Origin: Archaeoglobus fulgidus DSM 4304
GTDB lineage: Archaea; Halobacteriota; Archaeoglobi; Archaeoglobales; Archaeoglobaceae
Length of the DNA: 32,000 nt
Assembly: GCF_000008665.1 (NCBI RefSeq)
Contig: NC_000917.1
Span: 1,050,001 to 1,082,000, forward strand
Direction: 5' to 3'
Part shown: piece by piece, positions 25,937-32,000 of the stretch
How the letters are laid out: every line of letters starts with the position of its first letter
Numbering within the stretch: the first letter of the stretch is position 1
Program-made: the position numbers and the translations under genes
The notes under the pieces: generated by a model
Told to the model about the DNA's origin: nothing
What the model saw: the letters and a program-made list of their open reading frames with translations, nothing else
Database searches by the model: none

Positions 25937-27397
25937 TCACCCCCTCACAGCCAAAGCTTTTTCTCTGAAGAGTCCCGGCTTCCCTGGCAGAACCGCGTTT
26001 AGCAGTGAGCCGATCACCAGAGTAACTATGAGAGCGAGATAGACCTGATGCAGCCAACCCGGAGCTCCGAGAACTTCTGGCAGTGGAGTCATCGTCCATG
26101 CGTTTATGGTCACCCAAACCAGCAAGCACGTGATAATCGCCGCTGGGGCGGACCTCTTCCAGAAGAGCCCGAATATGACGAACCAGAACACTGGGACGAG
26201 CCATGAGAACAACCACATCATGGCGGCGAGTATTGGTGGGAGGCTCACAGCAGGAATCAGCGCGGCAACAGCGAGCAGAACGGTAAGAATTCTGGAGAGC
26301 CGGAGAAGCTCCTCATGCGAGGCATTCGGCTTGAGAACGGCCTTGTAAATGTCGTTAACGAATATCGTTGTGGGGGCGAGAAGTGTGATGGCGTAGGATG
26401 ACAGCACAGCAACAAGACAGGTTGCAAGAAGCAGTGCCGACGCCCATGTTGGCAGAACCGACACAATCATTGCGGGTGTAGCAGTCTTCGCACCGAGCTC
26501 GGCAAATTCCGGTGTTGCCCTTGCAGCCATTCCCATAACTGCGGCAAACACGGCAAAGGATCCGTTCACAGGCACGGCAATGAGCATAGCTTTTCTAAGC
26601 ACATCCGGAGATTTTGCTGCCAGTGCCGCATGCAGTCCCTGCTGGCTGATTCCCTGGAAAAACACCGTTGCGAGCACGTTCACGAGAGCAAAGCCGACGA
26701 AAACCTCCCATGATCCGAATATGTTGAGTTTGCCCGCCAAATCGTTGGAGATGTAGAACTCGTTAACGCCCTCCCATCCGTTCTGCAGCCCTGAGCCGAG
26801 AACGAAGGTTGCGGCAATGATGCCTATGTAAAGAATAACCGCGTTGAGAACGTTGAGCCATGCAACCTCTTTCATGCCCGAAAGGACGACGTAAAGAATT
26901 CCTATCAGCGCTCCAATCACTATCCCCACTTCTATAGAAGTTCCGGTGAGAATTGAGACGAAAACACCGAGTCCCTGTGTTTCAAGGGTGCAGATTCCGA
27001 AAATGGCTCCGGCTATGACAGCACCGACCATCAGCCTCAACCAGTAGTTGCTGAAAATGACGTCAAGAAACTCTGGAACGGACTCCACTTTGAGCTTTCT
27101 CGCCCATCTTCCAGTAAAAAGACATACAATTGCCAGCATTATTGCGTGTGCGAAGGAAAACCAGACCGCGGGCAATCCGATGTCATATGCCGACTCCATA
27201 ACTCCCAGTATGTGGGGAGTTCCAAGCACCGTAAGGGCGAGGGTAACACCAACTGGAACCGCACCCAGACCCCTTTTCGCAACCAGATAGTCCTCTTCGG
27301 ATTTTTCCATCCTTTTCATCAGGTAGAATCCAACACCAAGGGTTGTCACCAGGAAATACACCAAAACGGGTATCAGTATATCCCATCTTGCCTCCAA
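25937..27397 (-). CDS. Sodium:solute symporter (SSS) family transporter
   Basis: ILVYFLVTTLGVGFYLMKRMEKSEEDYLVAKRGLG and many TM segments, e.g. PAVWFSFAHAIMLAIVCLFTGRW. Confidence 0.92.
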   Translation of the reverse strand: MEARWDILIPVLVYFLVTTLGVGFYLMKRMEKSEEDYLVAKRGLGAVPVGVTLALTVLGTPHILGVMESAYDIGLPAVWFSFAHAIMLAIVCLFTGRWARKLKVESVPEFLDVIFSNYWLRLMVGAVIAGAIFGICTLETQGLGVFVSILTGTSIEVGIVIGALIGILYVVLSGMKEVAWLNVLNAVILYIGIIAATFVLGSGLQNGWEGVNEFYISNDLAGKLNIFGSWEVFVGFALVNVLATVFFQGISQQGLHAALAAKSPDVLRKAMLIAVPVNGSFAVFAAVMGMAARATPEFAELGAKTATPAMIVSVLPTWASALLLATCLVAVLSSYAITLLAPTTIFVNDIYKAVLKPNASHEELLRLSRILTVLLAVAALIPAVSLPPILAAMMWLFSWLVPVFWFVIFGLFWKRSAPAAIITCLLVWVTINAWTMTPLPEVLGAPGWLHQVYLALIVTLVIGSLLNAVLPGKPGLFREKALAVRG

Positions 27398-27414
27398 AAT
27401 ACCACCTCCTGCAA

Positions 27415-28362
27415 TTAACCATCCTCCAAAATCAATTTGAGAATCTTCGCCAGCTGATCATCTCTCCACTTCGCAAGCTCATCGTATGACATTCTTTTGA
27501 TGATATCGTACCCCTCCATTGATTTGAGTATGGCGTCAAATGAGCCTTCCGGATACTCCGACCAGTTCGCCAGATCAGACCACAGTCGCCTGTAGTGGTC
27601 ATCGAAGAATTCGAGGAAGTACTTCATCCCGCCCTGACCACCACCGAGATGGTAGGTGAGGTAAACCCCAGTAATCGCCCATCTGATTCCCGGACCGTAT
27701 TTAACTGCCACATCTATCTCCTCAGGTGTGGCTATTCCCTGATAAACGAGGTTCACCGCCTCCCTCCACAGTGCTGCAGCAAGTCTGTTCGCCACCATTC
27801 CCGGAACGTCCTTCTTTACGACGATGGGCTTCTTGCCCATTCTCTCCATGAATTCAACTGTTTTCTCTGTGCAGCTTTCGTCCGTCTGCTTTCTCGGAAC
27901 GACCTCAACAAGCGGAATGAGGTGGGGCGGATTGTACGGATGGGCGGTAATGCACCTCTCGGGATGCTTTCTGGCAGCGGTCTGAATTTCTGATATGCTC
28001 AGACCTGATGTGCTCGTGGCGAGAATCGTTTCCGGTTCTGCAATTGCATCCATCTTTTCAAAAAGGTCTCTCTTAACTTCCAGCTTTTCCACCGCCGACT
28101 CCTGAACGTAGTATGCCCCTTTCAGTGCCTCTTCGAGGTTTTCAGTGAATTTAACTCTGCTCAGGGCGCTTTTCACGTCATCCTCACTACCAGAAAAAAT
28201 TTCACTGAGAGTTGAAACTGTGCGAGCGATGCTCGCTTCTGCCCTATTCAGAGCCTCAGGAAACGGGTCGTAAACCGCAACGTCACAACCACGCCAAGCA
28301 AAAAGTGACGCCCAGCTTGCGCCAACTGTTCCGGCGCCAATGCAGGCAACCTTTACGCCCAC
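27415..28362 (-). CDS. 3-hydroxyacyl-CoA dehydrogenase family, L-carnitine dehydrogenase-like subgroup
   Basis: KVACIGAGTVGASWASLFAWRGCDVAVYDP, ATSTSGLSISEIQ, AHPYNPPHLIPLVEVVP, NRLAAALWREAVNLV, GIATPEEIDVAVKYGPGIRWA. Confidence 0.85.
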   Translation of the reverse strand: MGVKVACIGAGTVGASWASLFAWRGCDVAVYDPFPEALNRAEASIARTVSTLSEIFSGSEDDVKSALSRVKFTENLEEALKGAYYVQESAVEKLEVKRDLFEKMDAIAEPETILATSTSGLSISEIQTAARKHPERCITAHPYNPPHLIPLVEVVPRKQTDESCTEKTVEFMERMGKKPIVVKKDVPGMVANRLAAALWREAVNLVYQGIATPEEIDVAVKYGPGIRWAITGVYLTYHLGGGQGGMKYFLEFFDDHYRRLWSDLANWSEYPEGSFDAILKSMEGYDIIKRMSYDELAKWRDDQLAKILKLILEDG

Positions 28363-29198
28363 GAAGTAACCCCTCCATCGATGTAGAGTATCTGCCCTGT
28401 CACGAAGTTCGACGCGTCAGAGGCGAAGAAAACAACTGCACCAATAAGGTCGTCTGGATACCCCCACCTTCCGAGAAGAATGCGCGATTTCATCGTCTTT
28501 GATAGTTCAGGATCCTTCATGATGTGGGCGGTGAGCGGTGTCGCAATTACTGTCGGGGCTATTGCGTTCACGAGGATGTTGTATTTTGCCCATTCACACG
28601 CCAGCTGTTTTGTTATCATGTTGACGGCAGCCTTACTGGAGCAGTAGGCGATGTAGTTTTTGGGCATACCGTAGCTGCTTCTGACAGAGGACACGTTGAT
28701 TATTTTCCCTCCATTCTGCTTGACCATCACCTTGCCGACCTCTCTGCAAACCAGGAACACTCCCGTGACGTTTGCATCCATGACCTTGTTCCAGTCTTCC
28801 AGCGGATACTCCTCAGCAGGTTTCGGAATGTTTATCCCCGCGCAGTTAACGAGGATGTCAATCCTGCCGAACTCCTCCACCGTCCTGTTCACAAGATTTG
28901 CTACATCCTCCTCGCTTGTGATGTCGCACTTTACTGCCAGTGCTCTTTGCCCAAGCTTTTCTATGCTTTCCTTCAGTTTTTCCAGCACCTCCAGTCTTCT
29001 TCCCACCACAACAACGTCGCACCCAAAGTCCGCCAGTCCGAGAGCGATTGGCCCACCAAGTCCACCGGTGGCACCTGTGACAATGGCCACCTTTCCGGTC
29101 AAGTCAAACATCTTTCTGTACCCCATCGAACCGCTCTGAATTCTCTCCTCCAGAGATTTCTCGTAATCCTCTATGGACTCGAAAACCTCCTTTACCAT
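28353..29198 (-). CDS. Short-chain dehydrogenase/reductase
   Basis: GKVAIVTGATGGLGGPIALGLA, NCAGI, YIAYCSSKAAV (YxxxK), NAIAPTVIATPL; likely start MVKEVFESIEDYEKSL at 29198 with SD GAGGTG. Confidence 0.92.
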   Translation of the reverse strand: MVKEVFESIEDYEKSLEERIQSGSMGYRKMFDLTGKVAIVTGATGGLGGPIALGLADFGCDVVVVGRRLEVLEKLKESIEKLGQRALAVKCDITSEEDVANLVNRTVEEFGRIDILVNCAGINIPKPAEEYPLEDWNKVMDANVTGVFLVCREVGKVMVKQNGGKIINVSSVRSSYGMPKNYIAYCSSKAAVNMITKQLACEWAKYNILVNAIAPTVIATPLTAHIMKDPELSKTMKSRILLGRWGYPDDLIGAVVFFASDASNFVTGQILYIDGGVTSWA

Positions 29199-29208
29199 TT
29201 TGACCACC

Positions 29209-29553
29209 TCACGCCTTGGGGTAGCTCGCAATTACAAGCATTGTTGCCGGCATGTTCGTCTCGTTTACCAGGTACCTCGACTCGCCCGGCGGAATGTACA
29301 GGGAGTCCATCGGCCCCAGCTCAATTTTCTCCCCGCCTTCCTTCACTACGGTCATCTTTCCGCTCAGCACTATGTACACCTTCTCAATGTCGCTCTTGTC
29401 CCAGTCTGCACCTCCTCCGGGGAGAAAATGAGACAGACCAACCCAGAAGTTCTCAGAGCCTGTGGTTTCCTTGTGATGCAGCCTCAAAGCAACCATGTTA
29501 AAATGGCCCGGCGCCTCGTATGGTTTCACATCATCTATGCAGACCTTCTTCAT
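29209..29553 (-). CDS. Cupin-domain protein
   Basis: FLPGGGADWDKSDIEKVYIVLSGKMTVVKEGGEKIELGPMDSLYIPPGESRYLVN. Confidence 0.85.
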   Translation of the reverse strand: MKKVCIDDVKPYEAPGHFNMVALRLHHKETTGSENFWVGLSHFLPGGGADWDKSDIEKVYIVLSGKMTVVKEGGEKIELGPMDSLYIPPGESRYLVNETNMPATMLVIASYPKA

Positions 29554-29591
29554 GATTTAGCTTCAAAAAAGTTAATTTAAGTATGTTTTCA

Positions 29592-29610
29592 ATATCATTA
29601 CATATCATTA
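29592..29610. promoter_or_regulatory. Tandem 9-mer ATATCATTA (10-bp period), operator candidate upstream of the cupin operon
   Basis: ATATCATTA at 29592-29600 and 29602-29610, just upstream of a TATA-like TTAATTTAA (29572-29580); partial third copy ATATCA at 29632-29637. Confidence 0.45.
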
Positions 29611-29718
29611 TACAATGTGGTTCGACTCTACATATCAGCCACACCTCGTTTAAACGAGCTTCGCTTGAACAATTCGAAAAATCTGTTAAAGAAAAGGTAA
29701 ATACTACAAATAGAAATT

Positions 29719-30360
29719 TTAGCGAAATGAAATTCCAAGTTCTCCAGTTTTGTTCCTTTTCATCACGTTGAGTATAAGCGGCGTCAGGGATTCCACCAGA
29801 TGAGCGTTTGAAAGCCCGCCAGCATCCAGGGCTCTCAGCCCCGAAATTTTCTCAGTAAGGTCAACAACCACCTCTTTTGCACCGCTGTCACCGCAAATCG
29901 GGACGTCCCACTCGAACTCTTCGCCAAGATTTGCGAACCTCCTTGCGGGAATCGAGTGGTATGCTGCAACTACGCTGCTTTCTTCCAGTACTGACGCAAG
30001 CTTCTCTGCTGCCGAGCCCTCCTCAGGTCTGACGTAAACGAAGTTATCGCCGACTTTTTTCATAGGCACCAGCGGTGAGATTACCACCTTCCCCGCCAGC
30101 TGCCTTTTCAGCATTTCCGCTGTGTCAAAGGCGAACTCCCACGGAATCGTGAATACAGCAACATCGCAGGTTTCTGCGGCATCCTCATTTCGCATTCCTA
30201 TTATGGATGCATCGCCGACCTTTTTCAGGTAATCCGATGCCAGTTTCTCAGCCTTTTCAAGCTTTCTTGAGCCAACTATGATTTCGTAGCCCAGCTTGCC
30301 CCATCGCAGAGCCAGACCTTCCCCAAGGTTGCCCGTACCTCCAAGAAGGGCGATTTTCAT
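29719..30360 (-). CDS. F420H2:NADP oxidoreductase-like (NADPH-dependent F420 reductase family)
   Basis: MKIALLGGTGNLGEGLALRWGKLGYEIIVGSR, VFTIPWEFAFDTAEML, SNAHLVESLTPLILNV. Confidence 0.87.
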   Translation of the reverse strand: MKIALLGGTGNLGEGLALRWGKLGYEIIVGSRKLEKAEKLASDYLKKVGDASIIGMRNEDAAETCDVAVFTIPWEFAFDTAEMLKRQLAGKVVISPLVPMKKVGDNFVYVRPEEGSAAEKLASVLEESSVVAAYHSIPARRFANLGEEFEWDVPICGDSGAKEVVVDLTEKISGLRALDAGGLSNAHLVESLTPLILNVMKRNKTGELGISFR

Positions 30361-30376
30361 TGCACCACCAAAAAAG

Positions 30377-31318
30377 TTAGAAGTTTACCCTTTCCTTTCC
30401 CTTAAGTCCGAGTATCTCCCTCACCTCGTCAGGTGTTGCGGGCCTCTTTCCGAGTTCCTTCACAATCCTTACCATTTTTTCGACCTGCTCGGCGTTGCTT
30501 TTAGCAAGCTTGCCTCTTTCAATGTAAAGGCTGTCCTCAAGCCCCACTCTCACGTCACCGCCCATTATCACCGCAAGCGTTCCGAGAGGCATCTGAAATC
30601 TGCCCGCTCCAACAAGGGACCACGTGTAGTTCTCCCTGCCAATTAACCTGTCTGCCGTCTGCTTCATGAACAGAACATCCTCAACAGCGGTTCCAATTCC
30701 GCCGAGTATCCCATGGATGAACTGCAGCCTGAGTGGCGGTTCGAGGTAGCCCTCGTGGAACATGAAGGCCGTGTTGTATATCTGCCCTATGTCGTAGCAC
30801 TCAAGCTCCGGCTTCGTGTCGTTCTCCTTGAAAATTCTCGAAAGCGCCTCAAGGTCCTTGAACGTGTTTCTGAAAACTATGTCCCTCGTCATTTCGAGAT
30901 ACTCGGGCTCCCAGTCGTACTTGAACTCCTTGTACTTTTTGAGTAGTGGATGAATGGCGAAGTTCATGGAGCCCATGTTGAAGGTTGCGATTTCCGGTTT
31001 CAGGGCGGGCACGACCTTTGCCCTCTCCTCAACGGGTATTCCCAGTGTGCCTCCTCCTCCGGTTGTAACATTAATAACAACATCGCTCTGCTTTTTGATT
31101 TCCCTGCATATGTACCTGAAAACCTCAACATCCGTTGTGGGGCGCCCGTCTTTCGGGTCTCTCGCGTGAATGTGAACCATTCCGGCCCCTGCCTCTGCGG
31201 CCTTCACCGCTTCCTCCACAATCTGGTCGGGTGTGACCGGCAGGTACGGGGACATGCTCGGAGTGTGTATCGCTCCCGTTATGGCGCACGTGACAATAAC
31301 CACATCGTCCTTCCTCAT
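30377..31318 (-). CDS. BKACE family (3-keto-5-aminohexanoate cleavage enzyme-like, DUF849)
   Basis: VIVTCAITGAIHTPSMSPYLPVTPDQIVEEAVKAAEAGAGMVHIHARDPKDGRPT, VINVTTGGG, NMGSMNFA. Confidence 0.9.
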   Translation of the reverse strand: MRKDDVVIVTCAITGAIHTPSMSPYLPVTPDQIVEEAVKAAEAGAGMVHIHARDPKDGRPTTDVEVFRYICREIKKQSDVVINVTTGGGGTLGIPVEERAKVVPALKPEIATFNMGSMNFAIHPLLKKYKEFKYDWEPEYLEMTRDIVFRNTFKDLEALSRIFKENDTKPELECYDIGQIYNTAFMFHEGYLEPPLRLQFIHGILGGIGTAVEDVLFMKQTADRLIGRENYTWSLVGAGRFQMPLGTLAVIMGGDVRVGLEDSLYIERGKLAKSNAEQVEKMVRIVKELGKRPATPDEVREILGLKGKERVNF

Positions 31319-31395
31319 GTCACAGATAGGATTTAACTTATTATATTTGATTAATCTTCTAAATCACATAAATTGACATAAACCGGTAAAAAAGG

Positions 31396-31402
31396 TATTT
31401 AA
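31396..31402 (+). promoter_or_regulatory. Putative TATA box (TATTTAA) for the 31427 gene
   Basis: About 28 nt upstream of the ATG; compatible with leaderless transcription. Confidence 0.4.
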
Positions 31403-31426
31403 GAGAGAAAAATCTGCCGTTCTCCA

Positions 31427-32000
31427 ATGGAGCGCTTGTTTTACCCGAAAGTCGTGGCAGTGATAGGTGCTTCACCTCAGGAGGGAAAGGTGGGTAACAC
31501 GATTATGAAAAATCTCAGAAACTTCAGCGGCACTGTCTATGCTGTAAACCCGAAGTACAGGGAAATACTTGGATTCCCGTGCTACCCCTCGGTACTCAAG
31601 ATACCCGAAAATGTGGACCTGGCCATCATCGTTGTTCCAGCGAAGCTCGTTCCGAAGGCAGTGGAGGAGTGCGGAAGGAAGGACGTTGAAGGTGCCGTGG
31701 TGATTTCGGCAGGCTTCAAGGAGGCCGGGATTGAGGGGGCAAAGCTTGAGAGGGAACTGGTCGAGGTGGCCGAAAGGTATGGCGTTAAGCTGGTTGGCCC
31801 CAACTGTCTCGGCATGATAAACACCGAGATTGCTATGAACGCCACGTTCAGCAGAGTGGCCCCCGAAAAGGGCAGAATAGCGTTCCTCAGCCAGTCCGGA
31901 GCCTTCATTCTCGCGGTTCTTGAATGGTCAAAACGCAACGGTGTCGGTTTCAGCAAGGTTGTCAGCTTGGGAAACAAGGCCATGCTCGACGAATCCGACT
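31427..32000 (+). CDS. Acyl-CoA synthetase (NDP-forming), CoA-binding alpha region, truncated by window end
   Basis: MERLFYPKVVAVIGASPQEGKVGNTIMKNLRNFSGTVYAVNPKY ... VGPNCLGMINTE ... FLSQSGAF. Confidence 0.9.
   Translation, partial: MERLFYPKVVAVIGASPQEGKVGNTIMKNLRNFSGTVYAVNPKYREILGFPCYPSVLKIPENVDLAIIVVPAKLVPKAVEECGRKDVEGAVVISAGFKEAGIEGAKLERELVEVAERYGVKLVGPNCLGMINTEIAMNATFSRVAPEKGRIAFLSQSGAFILAVLEWSKRNGVGFSKVVSLGNKAMLDESD

Noticed and set aside
25845-26216. 123-aa minus-strand ORF
   Set aside because: Overlaps the SSS transporter C-terminus and the small membrane ORF in a different frame; no domain-like sequence.
28524-29501. 325-aa plus-strand ORF
   Set aside because: Antisense to SDR and cupin genes; Cys/Ser/His-rich random-looking composition.
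1-32000. CRISPR arrays, tRNA/rRNA genes, insertion sequences
   Set aside because: No regularly spaced repeats, cloverleaf-like segments or transposase motifs were noticed; intergenic space is very limited. Not a substitute for tRNAscan or Infernal.

Overview
The window looks like a gene-dense archaeal chromosome segment, most likely from an Archaeoglobus fulgidus-type organism. That is inferred from gene content (RfcL, MptA, F420 enzymes, many acyl-CoA enzymes) and was not checked by search. The left part carries: a frameshifted 3-hydroxyacyl-CoA dehydrogenase; a MazG-like pyrophosphohydrolase; mptA; an exported PLD-like protein; a three-gene Era-like GTPase / DUF2073 / Zn-ribbon operon matching the archaeal vesiculation genes arvA/B/C (OapA/B/C); a PAS-PAS histidine kinase; and a COG1900-CBS + NIL-ferredoxin pair (homocysteine biosynthesis type). 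Next comes an AT-rich accessory island with an AN1-finger/transglutaminase-like membrane protein, a DUF457-type membrane protein and a C2H2 finger protein. The middle has beta-oxidation genes, an NDP-forming acyl-CoA synthetase with ATP-grasp-first domain order, a metallophosphoesterase, a DUF2240-like protein and rfcL. The right third is a catabolic region: F420-dependent LLM reductase, thiolase, frameshifted CoA-transferase B, CoA-transferase A, cyclase, RHH-like regulator, Mo/W oxidoreductase with FeS subunit, two unannotated small membrane ORFs, SSS transporter, carnitine-dehydrogenase-like HCDH, SDR, cupin, F420:NADP oxidoreductase-like protein, BKACE-type enzyme, and the start of another acyl-CoA synthetase. 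The best leads are the vesiculation operon next to an exported PLD protein, the carnitine-dehydrogenase-like/BKACE catabolic cluster, two disrupted genes that both shift +1 at a CCC run, two small membrane ORFs missed by the ORF track, and two palindromes plus a tandem repeat in promoter regions. No tRNA, rRNA, CRISPR array or transposase was recognised.
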